A stretch of DNA of 64,000 nucleotides. It comes from Mytilus edulis (taxonomy: Eukaryota). The position numbers were made by a program, and so were the translations under genes. The notes beneath the pieces are model-generated. The model was not told where the DNA came from. It saw only the letters and a list, made by a program, of their open reading frames with translations, and searched no databases. The stretch spans positions 3,286,001 through 3,350,000 of the forward strand of contig NC_092346.1 in assembly GCF_963676685.1 (NCBI RefSeq). Direction: 5' to 3'. Below, in pieces: positions 1 to 12,596 of the stretch. The stretch's first letter is position 1, and every line of letters starts with the position of its first letter.

Positions 1-3000
1 TGTCGTAGAACACACTTCGAGTTGTCAGCACTGTCCAAAGAAAGACGTATCTACGGTCGTTCTTTCGTTTGATCAATCCTGACACACCTCGGTGTGTTCT
101 ACGACAAGAAAAACCCTAAAATGTTCATTATCTATAACATAATTCGTTTAAGCAGCCTCTTGTGGTTCAATTCTGTCAAAATACGCGAAGAAATATCGTT
201 ATTAAATTCTTCGAACTCATTGAATCCGTTTTCGTATTCACGTGACCTTCAATTCATCGCATTAGCTAGAAACAGGTTACGCATGTTCACATGTACATTT
301 ATATTAGTATTTTGTTAACCTTTAATTTGAAATCCAAAACGTTATTGAAAATTCAATCGCAAGAAGTCGATATTTTTTTTATTTTTTGGTTGATGTTTAT
401 GTCAGGTTATGTGATCGTCGCCTGTCATCGGAGGTCATATTGATTATAGAAAAGACAGCGAATGGACTAAAATACATATAAATTTGGTGTGAGCCAAGGC
501 TCCGTGTTGAAGGCCGTATTTTTTTTTATCTACATGTATAATGGTTGACTTTATAAATTGTTAATTGGATGGAGTGTTGTCTCATTGGTACTCATACCAC
601 ATCTTCCTATATCTATATTCGTAATTGAGTACATGCATTGTTTACTGTTTATGTAAGACTTTGGATATACTTTTAGTATAGAATAAATCAAATGTGAGAA
701 TTTGAGTCAAATCTGTGAACACGATTTTAACCGATAATGCTCTTTTAAAATTTGTTTTCTACAGTACTTTTAAATCTTTTTCAAAACTAATTTTAAAGAT
801 TGGAGTCACTAGCATCAGTTTAATTTTTTGATATTTCACACCAACGATAATGTACCGTATAATAAATATAACCCAATCATAATAGCTTTAGAGATGAATA
901 TCAAGGTGGTAAGCAGCCAATTTGAATTTTCTGAGATCAATAAAATTATAATTCATTATTCTGCAGAACAAGAGTAGCAGTTTAGTGGGTTAATTGAAAT
1001 TGTCTTAGACATGTTAGAGTAGATCTGTTCAGAATGTTAAATATCATTAACATCTTTCTGAATAAATAGGGACAAAATCGTGAAAAATAGTTTTCAAATC
1101 ATCCATCCAGAAACGGAAAACTGTCTACGTTGATGACATTTTTAGATACACTTTTTTTTTTTACAAATTAAAATTTTTCGACTTTTTAAAATAAATTTAC
1201 AAAACAAGTCTTTGTTTACCTCGTGTTGAGCTAATGACTAATAACAGCCGATATGTATTTGCTCTATATTGCGTAAGCTATTAAAAACGAAAACAATTTC
1301 AAAAACATAAATGATTTTCGCTGATGGTTTTTCTGCTTTCTTATGTGTTTTTATTTAAAGTCATAAGTTTTCAAAGCTTATGAACCATTATATACTATGG
1401 AGTTGTGCTTTCTTGCTGGAGGCCGTATTGTGAATTGTTTTAGTAACGCAGTTAGGTTAATGCTTTTGTACAGTAAATTGGTAATTTCTTCATTACACAA
1501 TTAAATTAACATAAAAATGGTACGAACATATTCCTCGATATATTTTCGGCTAGCATTTATGATAACAAGTCTGCATATTACTACGACGATTCATTTGCCA
1601 GTATACTTTACAAAGTAATACATAAATCTTCTTGACAAATTAGCTTGTTTTATATTACAAAAGTTTATAATGTTAGTTTATAATGTTAGTTTAAATGCTA
1701 TATGTAATCTTAATGTTAGACATTGGTGGAAAGAAGAATCAAACTATTTTATCTAAAACGTTTTTGTTTACATTCACAAACATCATTTTGTAAATAAATG
1801 GTACCTGATAACTTAAAGAATTTTGCATATATATTTTGATTTAAATAAACAAGTAAATAAATACACATACCTTTAACACATGATCGCTGAATAATATTGT
1901 ACTAAATGAGTTTTTGTAGATTTAAATGTTATAACGAAACGACCAATCATTTGATCATTGTAAGACAACACTCTTGTTATATATGTTATCATTGAAGGGT
2001 TATGTGCATTGTTATTTCATTAGTATTAGTTGTGGTTTATAATTTTTTAAATGTCTGCACTGTAAAATACTGTATGCAATATATTATAGTAACTACACTT
2101 ATTGTTGTTGTTGATGATGTATGTATGCTTACAAATAGTATATTTTGTTGAGTCCTTTCCAAAATCACAATAATCAACCATTAAAATGACAAAACATCAG
2201 TATGAACCGAACTGTATGTTATTTTATCTCAACTGATCTATGATCTATCATGGCCACCGAGGTCATCTCTAATTCCGTTGGCGTATATTAAACAAGAACT
2301 ATCTTTAAAAAAGATATCCGACGTATTTAAATTTGAGTATATGTTTAAAACTATCATTTCGATAACCTTCAGAAGCACAATGACTTAATGATGCAGGACC
2401 TCTTTAATTAAATTTCCATCTGAATGTAACTACAAGAAGGCGATTGCAGTGCACTGAAAACCTGCATAATTTGACACAATTTGTCCTTGGTGGCAACGCC
2501 CGTTCACTACCTTCATCTTGTTAACAACAATGCTCTAACTATCTAAAAATCAATGAATTACCAACAAAAGAACGTTACAAATTGTTTTGTGAATATTCCG
2601 ATTATATTTAAAAAGAGATTTACCATTTAAATAACGTTTTCTCTGTTTGTGTTCAGTATTCTCGGTCCTCGTATCTTTCTGTTTACATTCACCAAAACCC
2701 CGCGGAATTATCACATGCGTAGGTGCGTTCTAAAAGTCATGTACGTTCGTACAACAAAGTTTACATTGAAAATTATATTAATTGTCCAGAATAAACAGCT
2801 GTCATGGATGTAAAGAGCTATTGGAGAAACAATTAGTTTAATAAAAATATAAATCTTTGCAAGATCTAGTTCAAATATTTATAGATTTTCACTTGCTTTC
2901 CATCACGATATAATTAACGAGACGTTTTTTCAAACACAACCAAATCACCCACCATGACAGCATTTTGTTTAATCACAGAAAGGATTTTCGAGCATGCGTA

Positions 3001-3045
3001 TTCTGTTGCCATAGTTAAGCGTCCTTAAGTTCAAAGGGCACAAAC

Positions 3046-4339
3046 AACTAGAGGCTCTAAAGAGCCTGTGTCGCTCACCTTGGTCCATGTGCATATTAAA
3101 CAAAGGACACAGATGGATTCATGACAAAATTGTGTTTTGCTGATAGTGATGTGTTTGTAGATCTTACTTTACTGAACATTCTTGGTACTTAGAATTTTCT
3201 CTATCTATAATAAACTTGGACCTTTAGATACAGTGAAAAATATTTTGTAAAAATTTACAAAAATTTACCAAATTAGTGAAAATTGTTAAAAATTGAATAA
3301 AATGGGCAACAACTCCTTAAGGGGTCAACTGACGATTTTGGTCATGTCGACTTATTTCTAGATCTTACTTAGCTGAACATTATTGCTGTTTACAGTTTAT
3401 CTCTATCTATAACAATATTCAAGATAATAACCAAAAACAGCAAAATTTCCTTAAAATTACTAATTCAGGGGCATCAATCCAACAACAGGTTATCCGATTT
3501 ATCTGAAAATTTCAGGGCAGATAGATCTTGACCTGTTACACAATTTTACCCCTTGTCAGATTTGCTCTAAATGCTTTGGTTTTTGAGTTATAAGCCCAAA
3601 ACTGCATTTTACCCCTATGTTCTATTTTTAGCCATGGCGGCCATCTTGGATGGTTGGCCGGGTCACCGGACACATTTTTTAAACAAGATACCCCAATGAT
3701 GATTTTGGCCAAGTTTGGTGTAATTTGGCCAAGTAGTTTCAGAGGAGAAGATGTAAAAGATTACTAAGATTTACGAAAAATTGTTAAAAATTGACTATTA
3801 AGGGCAATAACTCCTAAAGGGGTCAACTGACCATTTCGGTCATGTTGACTTATTTGTAAATATTACTTTGCTGAACATTATTGCTGTTTACAGTTTATCT
3901 CTATCTATAATAATATTCAAGATAATAACCAAAAACAGCAAAATTTCCTTAAAATTACTAATTCAGGGGCAGCAACCCAACAACAGGTTATCCGATTTAT
4001 CTGAAAATTTCAGGGCAGATAGATCTTGACCTGTTACACAAGTTTATTCCCTGTCAGATTTGCTCTAAATGCTTTGGTTTATTGAGTTATAAGCCAAAAA
4101 CTGCATTTTACCCTTATGTTCTATTTTTAGCCATGGCGGCCATCTTGGTTGACCGGGTCACCGGACACATTTTTTAAACTAGATACCCCAATGATGATTT
4201 TGGCCAAGTTTGGTGTAATTTGGCCCAGTAGTTTCAGAGGAGAAGATTTTTGTAAAAGTTAACGACGCCGGACGACGGACGACGGACGCCAAGTGATGGG
4301 AAAAGCTCACTTGGCCCTTTGGGCCAGGTGAGCTAAAAA
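3046..4339 (+). mobile_element. Helentron-type non-autonomous element (HINE-like), family A, two ~500-bp core repeats
   Basis: 5' hairpin AGGCTCT-AA-AGAGCCT, subterminal GCTCACCT/AGGTGAGC inverted repeat, GACG microsatellite, 3' hairpin AGCTCACTTGGCCC-TTT-GGGCCAGGTGAGCT, A-run flanks. Confidence 0.85.
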
Positions 4340-4789
4340 CTATACCGACTACGTCGGATAAATATCGATTTAAATTGCGTATCTTGACATTCACTGAGAT
4401 TAATAATATGAAAATTAAATACTTATACGAAGAAATATATTTAAGTATTACATTGATAATGTGTCATTCTTGGAGGCATTTTCCCTTATAACCTATTATA
4501 TAACCTCTGTTGATAAACGGTATCATTGTTAAACATTGTTTATGCATACGCATGGTTAAGTGCTTGGTTTGGTTTTTTTGTATTTCAACGTCTTCTCTAG
4601 AATTCTGCAGTCAAACTACACATAGAGATTTGACGGTGTTGGCTTAATATTTTGTGGATTTAAGTTAGCCCATAAAAACTGCTCGTCTTTACCTCAAATT
4701 GCGTCAGATAGACAACTTCCTTATCAATAATACAATGAGGAAATTTTGAAAAAAGTTTTTTCATATTTCGCATTTTTCTTTATGCATTT

Positions 4790-5690
4790 TGTTATTTGGC
4801 TACCTTAGATCAACAAAAGTTAGGAAGAAAAACAGCAATTCGACGACAAAATTGCGCATGTATCGGAATAAAAAAGATTTAAAATTACGGCTGATTGTTG
4901 CTGGACCGCAGTGTCCACCTTATATATGAAGCCATTTCATTGACTTCTTATAAAACGTTATGACAATATTAACCTAGTTTTATCCGTGATAATTTAGAAT
5001 TTCTAAATCATTTACCAGCCAAAGTCAAAGAAGATGCAATATTTATAAGCTTCGACGTTACCAGTCTTTTCACTGATATGCCGCACAAACTAGGATTAGA
5101 TACCAATAAATGTTGGCTTGAGTTATATATGCATGTTATTGCCTAAGATATTTGAATAATTTGTTGTTGTAAGGATTGAAAATCATACTCGATAATAACG
5201 CCTTTTTCTTTGATGGAAAATATTATCTGCAGATGTCTGGTACAGCTATTGGAACTAAAGTTATTCTAACATACCCAACTCTCGTGATGGGATTTCTAGA
5301 GTATAAAATATATCACTAAGTTGAAATTAAAATTGACATTTACATAAAACCTAAACCACATATAAAAATTATAAAAAGACAAACACCCACCAATACCTGA
5401 ATGATCATTCATGTCATTCTTCACACAGGAAACGAAACATCCCATTTTGTCTTGCAAGACGTCCACAATTGTAAGCGATTAGTCCACGTAGGAATAAAAT
5501 TTGAATGAACAAAAGATCTTTGTGAAAGAACACAACTATCCAAACGCACTAATAGAGCAGGGAATGGAAAGCGCAAAAGCAATAACAAAAACGGAACTGA
5601 GGTTCCAGCACAAAGAGAAAGAACTGCAGATCTTATTCCGTTAAAATAAGAGACAAACGTTCTCAATTTTGTTTTCAATCATAGAATCTT
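4790..5690 (+). pseudogene. Decayed Penelope-like element reverse transcriptase
   Basis: Fragments DLKLRLIVAGPQCP, SFDVTSLFTDMPH, FFFDGKYYLQMSGTAIGTK and HRKRNIPFCLARR, with frameshifts and an internal deletion. Confidence 0.85.
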
Positions 5691-6164
5691 AAAATTTTCT
5701 CTCCAGAGATGTTTGGTAAAACACAATATGTTGTGGGTATATGAATTTCCGATCTGATAATGTTAAATTATCAAGGGGGCACGTGTTTTTTTTTTTTTGT
5801 TGTTATTTAGTTGGTACATGTAGGTGGGAACATTCTAAAATCGTTATTCTGTGGTATTTTCCAATATAAATTTAACAGTGAATGACATAGTTGCAATCAT
5901 ACTAACTTGTTAATTAAGAAATAATTCATGGGGGCTTGAATATATTGTGATTTTACCACGGGTTGTTCCTTTATGACAAATATTCAACTCTGATCACTAA
6001 ATAATAAAAAAAAATGTTATGTTAAACGCATCTATTTCATCGAACTTGAGATACAAAAATACAACAGATACATATATGTCTATATAGAAACATCTTACAT
6101 GTAATACAGGATTGCTGTTCACAAAGAACACAGATTTCTTAATGATGGTGTTGGAATTATTCTT

Positions 6165-6470
6165 TTTTAGGTTTTACGAACGCCATAATCGGAGATGTTC
6201 ATTATGTCGTTCCTAAAATCCTGTATCTTTTAAATGAATATGACCTATCGAATAGGATTTATTACCGGGTCAGTACTGACGTGATCAACTCGACGGTTGC
6301 CACACGTGAAGCAGGATATGCATACCCTTTAGAGTTTTTTATATTGGGTTCGTGTTGCTTAGTCTTTAATTTTCTACGTTGTAGTTTTGGTACTATTGTG
6401 TGTGTGCTTGTCTTTTTTATCAATGGTTTTATGAGTTTGAATGTCCTTTGGTATCTTTCGCCCTTCTTAT
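6165..6470 (+). repeat. Diverged copy of the 9530-9917 Penelope-like 3' tail
   Basis: Shared motifs GACGG.TG.CACA.GTG.AGCAGGAT and GAGTTTGA.TGTCC.TTGGTA. Other copies at 41265-41682 and 43480-43780 (+), and 10494-10630, 35882-36345 and 40708-40921 (-). Confidence 0.8.
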
Positions 6471-7639
6471 GCTTGGTGTATGGCATTGCAGGTCACTCGT
6501 TACTCGTTAATACACCTTGAATTATAAGGGTTGAGTACATATTTGGAAAGATAGTTGAATTAAGGGGACATACATGTAGTCTTGAGGCCGTACTTTTTAA
6601 ACTGACACATATTTGTAAACGACGTAATGATTGGACACAGTTTTGAGACAAGGACACAACTTTGAGAATGTACACGGATTTGAGGCTGACACATGTATCA
6701 GTGAAAAAATGAAAGCAAAGTACAAGTTCCAATAAAACCATTTTTGTCCTCTTTTCTAGTGAATTGAAACTTGTAATTTATAATTTCATTAAAATAAGTT
6801 TTCAAAAATGACAATTTGGATTTGATATGATTATGTGTTACTTGCCTAGTTAGATATTTGAAACCTTCTATTCATTTTCCCTTTAAAATCTTCTATATAA
6901 AAACAAACTACGACTTTACCTTATGAATGACAATGCATTATTGAATACTTCATTAAAGAAATATAAAATAGTTAATTCAATTACATTATTCAAACGACTA
7001 TATATCAATAATATAACCACCAGATTGATCCTTAGCTTAAATACATTATACTAGGCAACCACAGACTTTGATGTCTGCTCAAGAAAGCTGTGCTAAGACT
7101 CTGATGTAACATAGGTGTTCATGGTAGGATCCTTTAAACCGTTGATTTCGTGTGCCAGTTTTATACCATATATTGCATTATACACCGGATGAGAAGTGGA
7201 ACCGTTGTTAACTGAGTCTATAAGATATATTGCGACGTGCACTGTTTGAGATGGCAAAGCGACGTGTTCGTGAAGATATATAAAACGTTTACATCTTTTA
7301 AAAGCATTAAAATACCATTTACTGTGTTTTCACTTCTGCTAATATATTAGAAGTTTGCAAATTTTTTGTTAAAGCCGAGATAGATAACTGTCACCATTAA
7401 AGCTGCTAATGGCCTTCTCTACTGTATTATCTAATTTGGTCCTCTTACTCTTTTGTTCTTCGGTGCCTGGTACTTTTGATAACTATTATGCATTGTTAAA
7501 TTCTTACATTACTGATAAACTGAAAGGCATATAGACAAAGCACATTAGCACAAACGAAAAACCAGAATACAAAAAAATAATATAGTACATTAACACAATG
7601 ACGGAAATACCGCACTATGTCAAATAGATATTGTCAAAA

Positions 7640-8200
7640 ATTGGACTAAACTGTAAAAATTATAATTTATAAAGACAAAAAAAAAATAATTCTATAACAC
7701 ATTATTCTTTCTGCTCAGATACTATTGACGTTTTTCAAAAGTCTGAGTAGCAGCTACAAGATCTAGAATACCGAAAAAACTGAGGAAATATATCCCTTAA
7801 GTAGATGCAGTCGGTATATAACTACTAAGGTAGGGGTAAATTGATTATTTCAAAACTAAAATCGTCTCACTTATGTCAATGACTCTAGTACAGATATAAC
7901 CGATTATGTCAAATTCGAGGTTTAAGTCTTAAAATGAGGTAAACGAAGCCGTGTTTGTTTTTTCCGTAACTTCTGGTTCTGGGTGATATATTAATGAATT
8001 CCAATCAGAATTGGATTGCTATTGGAAAGACCATCATCAGTATATCTGAATGTGCTATTAATTGATCTGCCTTCTTTCATATTCTTAGAAAGTGTATGCA
8101 GGAACTCCGACTTGTATAAAAAAAATAAAAAGAGGTCGGCAAAGAGAGTTACAGTTTGTTCCCTTTAGGAATGCCAACAATTTGTTGAAAAAAGTCTTTT
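7640..8200 (-). pseudogene. Decayed Penelope-like (Naiad-type) RT fragment
   Basis: Minus-strand fragments FQQIVGIP, INSTFRYTDD, PYLSSYIPT and SRSCSCYSDF resemble the 8560-9600 element. Confidence 0.75.
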
Positions 8201-8419
8201 AAAAAAAAAAATCTAATTTAGGAGACTTTTTTACATTAGTCAGATGGTAATGTTTTCGTCCAGGTCTACGTTGATATCGCAAAGTACTTTTACATCAGCT
8301 CAATATATTAACATCATTGCAGCTTTGACTTGACAATTTCCAATAAACAATTGAGAATAGAAATGGGGAATATGTCAATAGAGACAATAATCAGATTAAA
8401 GCGCAGATAATAACCAGTC

Positions 8420-11406
8420 TTACACTTGCTCCATTTCCTTTTTAATGTTCACGGGAAAAATGATGGGTGTCGTTTCACATTTAGCAGATGTCTGCATACT
8501 GTCGAAAATATAAAAGGAATAAGGTTTTGAATCATGAAAAGTATCTAAAATTGTAAAGTCAGTAGTCACCTTCTTTCTAAATTATTAACATCTATTTTAT
8601 CAGCAATCAAAGGCGGGCTTCATAGTTATTGTGAAACTGCCTATTCTAAAGATGGCGTGAATAAGATGTGGATATTTAAATATTCCAAAGATCTTTTAGA
8701 GTACATACTATCTAACTCTCTTTCATCTTGTAACAGTGTTAAAACATTTGACGTTTCTACTCTTTACACAAGTATACCACATTCCAAACTAATAGACAAA
8801 GGGAAAGAGTTGGTATTGTTTTGCGTCATAAAAAAGAATGGCCAACGTAGATATAAGTATCTTGTCTTAGGGAGGGATAAATCCTACTTTGTAAAGGATC
8901 ACTCTGATTCAAACAAAAAATTATCTGAAACTGATATTATAAAGATGCTTGAGTTCTTGATGACAACATATTTGTTATGTTCGGAGGACGTGTTTTTCAA
9001 CACCCTGTCGGCATTCCAATGGAAACAGACTGTTCCCCTCTACTTTCCGAATTGTTTCTTTATTATTATGAGGCTGACCTCATGCAGGAACTTCTAAGGA
9101 AGAAAGATGAGAAGTTAGCAATATCCTTTAACTCTACTTTCCGCTATATAGATGATGTTCTTTCACTAAATAATTCAAAATTTGGTGACTATATGGAAGG
9201 CATCTATCCCATCGAACTAGAGATAAATAATACTACAAATACATTTAGTCGGCCTCATATCTTGACTTACATCTTGAAATTGACAATGAGGGTCGGTTTA
9301 AAACAAAACTTTTCGACAAAAGAAATGATTTCAGTTTTTCAATTATGAACTTTCCATTTCTAAGTAGCAACATTCCAGCAGCACCTGCATACAGGGTAGA
9401 TATATCCCTATTGATACGATTTTCCCGTGCTTGCGTAAACTATCATGATTTTCTTGATTGAGGATTACTGCTCACAGAGAAGCTTTTAAACCAAGAGTTC
9501 CAAATATTGAAGTTGAAATCATCCCTTCGTAAATTTTACGGACGCCATCACGAGTTGGTTGACCGTTATGGAATAACCGTTTCACAAATGATATCAGATA
9601 TGTTCCTTACTTCGTAACTACAATCCCCTTCCCTTTCATGAATGTGATCTACCGAATCAGACTATTTACCGGATTTGTTATCACATAAGCAACACGACGG
9701 GTGTCACAAGTGGAGCAGGATCTGCTTTCCCTTCCGTAGGACCTGAGATCACTCCTAGTTTTTGGTGGAGTTCCTGTTGTTAGTCTTTAGTTTTCTATGT
9801 TGTGTCATGTGTACTATTGTTTGTCTGTTTGTCTTTTTCATTTTTAGCTATGACGTTGTCAGTTTATTTTAGATTTATGAGTTTGACTGTCCCTTTGGTA
9901 GTTTTGGTCACTCTTTTCTAGCTGAACATACGACGAATCAGATGCATCCCAAATGATATTCCTGTAACACACAAGACAAACACTTCAGTGCTCCGTGTAG
10001 CAAAGAGGATCTTTGTAACCCGACAAAGGTTTATTTTAAACACATGTTATTGTTCAAAATGACAAATGAATCGGACACCAGTTTTAACAGTAAGCATCGT
10101 CTTCTCTTATCTGGTTAGTTCTTTGTATTTTAAGTATATTCATCATGTAATCAGCTACAAAGTTAATGATGTCCTCAGGGAATCATCCACCAGCATCAAA
10201 ATTCTTTGAAGTAGACAGTAAAAAGTTAAACAACAAAAATACTACACTCCGAGGAAAATTCAAACCAGAAAGTTCGTAATCAACTAGAAAAATAAAAAGC
10301 TCAAACACATCAAACTAATGGATTAATTGTCATATTCCTGACTTTTTACAGTCATTTTCATGTGTAGAACAAGATGGATTGAAACTGAGTTCAAAGGTCA
10401 CTATATATATATAGCTAAACTTTCCACTCATATAAGAGTCGCATACAATTATATTTACAATGATATGTGAACAAAACAAACGGATATAATTGAAAGACAA
10501 TAACAATCAAAACCAAGGAGTAAACAAAGACTCACAAACCAAAGGAAATTTACATCAACAGTTATAAATGATAATTAAGAAACAACGCAAACTCCACTAA
10601 AAACCAGGAGTGAAATCAGGTGCTCCGGAAAATGTAAAAAATAGCGGAACAGCTGTCAACATTCTGTTCTAATCGTATTCATCATTAACACCAACAATAT
10701 GTAAAATAAAATCATAATAACTGTTTTTCCTTTCGCTAAAGGCGCAGCCTGGAGTGAAATGAAGTTTAAAGGTTGACAATTTTGGATATTCATCGCTTCT
10801 GATAGGCAACAATTGTTTTTTTTTATACCTAACTAGCTGATGGGCCTTTTGGATCATTCAAACAGAGCTTACTTTATTTTTTGACGTTCGAAAATACCTT
10901 TATGACCTGGAATTACTCGTTTGAATAAAAAAGGTGGAATCTTTTTGTAAAATGTTGATGGCCCTGAAAAGGACCGTTGATAAGAGATATAACCGGCTTC
11001 TGATGCATGTACAAAGCCTTGTTTACTCGTCTCTCGAGTGGCTACCGGTAAATCACAATCTGAAACGTGACCGTTATGATGTCATGGGAGATAACGGTCA
11101 CGTTACACGTTAAGAAACTCAAAAGGTTATTCGCCGGTGAATAATAAGGTTATACACTGCTGATGTAAATTGTTAGGGTCATTCGTCCTACCTTGCAACG
11201 GAATGAAAATTAACTGAATTATTCCTTGTCACGTGATAACATGTTACCCAATAAATTTTGTGTGTAAGATATGTAAAGTATAATAATATTAATTATACTG
11301 TTTTTATTAGTATTTGAATTTGATTGATATGCTTGCAATTATCCCTTTGGTTAAGGAAATACCTTGTAGGAATTAGATCCGTTGTATTATTAGAAAAATA
11401 CAACAT
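8420..11406 (-). CDS. Candidate distal C-tail exons of the aGPCR (11363-11406, 9932-9961, 8420-8498)
   Basis: Three short segments with AG acceptors (GT donors on the first two) whose phases chain 0>2>2>stop, ending ...KKEMEQV*. No homology support. Confidence 0.3.
8560..9917 (+). mobile_element. 5'-truncated Penelope-like retroelement (Naiad-type; RT at C-terminus) with 3' tail
   Basis: TFDVSTLYTSIPH, FQHPVGIPM, FRYIDDVLSLNN, FPFLSSNIPAAPAY and KFYGRHHELVDRY across frameshifts (ORFs 8657 and 8977); no endonuclease follows the RT. Confidence 0.9.
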
Positions 11407-11715
11407 CTTAAAGTGCGCAAAATAAACATCAAATCTGGCACATTCCAAGTACAAATATAAGTAATTTGGTACACAGCAAAAATTGCATACCCGTTTTTCA
11501 TGCGTAAAACAGGCGTTTTACGTATGTTATTAAACGTACGTAAAACGCATATTGAGGACCACGCATGTAAAACGCCCGTTTGAAACGTATGAATTACGTA
11601 TGTTAAACGCACGTAATACGTGTGTGAACGTTAAACGTGCGTTAAAATTGTACGTATAACGCCCGTTTTACGTGTAAACGCACGTTAAACGCCTGTTAAT
11701 TTCTAACAAATCATG

Positions 11716-12035
11716 CGTTTTACGTATGTTTTTTTATGTCCTCAACACCCGTTTTACGTATGTTTTTTTATGTCCTCAACACCCGTTTTACATATGTTTT
11801 TTTGTCCTCCAACACCTGTTTTACGTATGTTTTTTCTTTCTCTGCAACAACTATTTATACATGTTTTTGTAGTCTTCAAAACCTGTTTTACATGGGGTTT
11901 TTTTCCACAGCACCCATAATATGTATGTTCTTGGTTTTTTTTTGCATCTACACCAGTTTAATGAAAGTTTTTTTTTGTATGGGGTAACGCATCATCTGTT
12001 TAACATTTTTTGTTGTCCACAACATCCAAAAAATT
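11716..12035 (+). repeat. ~34-bp subterminal tandem repeat (GTTTTACGTATGTTTTTTTATGTCCTCAACACCC), about 9 units, decaying inward
   Basis: Units read directly; explains ORFs 11713 and 11736. Confidence 0.85.
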
Positions 12036-12596
12036 TCCAAACACATTATATATATGATTTTTCTGAGTTTTTTTTCTGGTTGGTATAAATGGATAAACCA
12101 TAGATATTTGTCTTTTCTTACGTAAACACTAACATGACTAACAATTTGATTCTTTTACATATCTTCATGTATGTATATATAAAATCAATGAGTATATCCT
12201 TGTAGTATTTAGTTGGAAATCAAAATGACAACATTTAAATATGATAGTGTTGTCTGTCCTTTTCAACCTTTGCCTCCCTTCCATAACTGTTTTTGGCAAG
12301 GCATACATTTACTGTGCGCTATCTTACAATTAGAATTGAAGCACAATATTTTATGACAGCCTATACAAATGATCTACATCCATGAAAAAACCCTCATAAG
12401 AAAGATTATCAATTACCATTTAGAATGGACTATTTGCATTAAACATGTTAAAGATGTCTTTTGGTCTTTATGCTGGTTTAATTGATGTATACGCAATATC
12501 TCCTTTTTTATATTGAAAAGAATTGGTTATACTCAAGCCAATGTGAAGAAGAAAAGGTACATGTATTAAGGATTAGACATCATCTTTTTCTGTTGG

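Noticed and set aside
5421-5678. Minus-strand 85-aa ORF
   Set aside because: It is the antisense shadow of the plus-strand Penelope-like RT remnant.
9459-9461. In-frame TGA in the RT read as selenocysteine
   Set aside because: It falls in DFLD*GLLL, where Arg rather than Cys is expected, in a copy with multiple frameshifts; more likely a decay mutation.
11472-11490. Transib/RAG recombination signal (CACAG...)
   Set aside because: There is no 5-bp TSD, no nonamer at 12/23 spacing and no RAG1-like ORF; TA flanks and subterminal repeats fit CACTA-like elements better.
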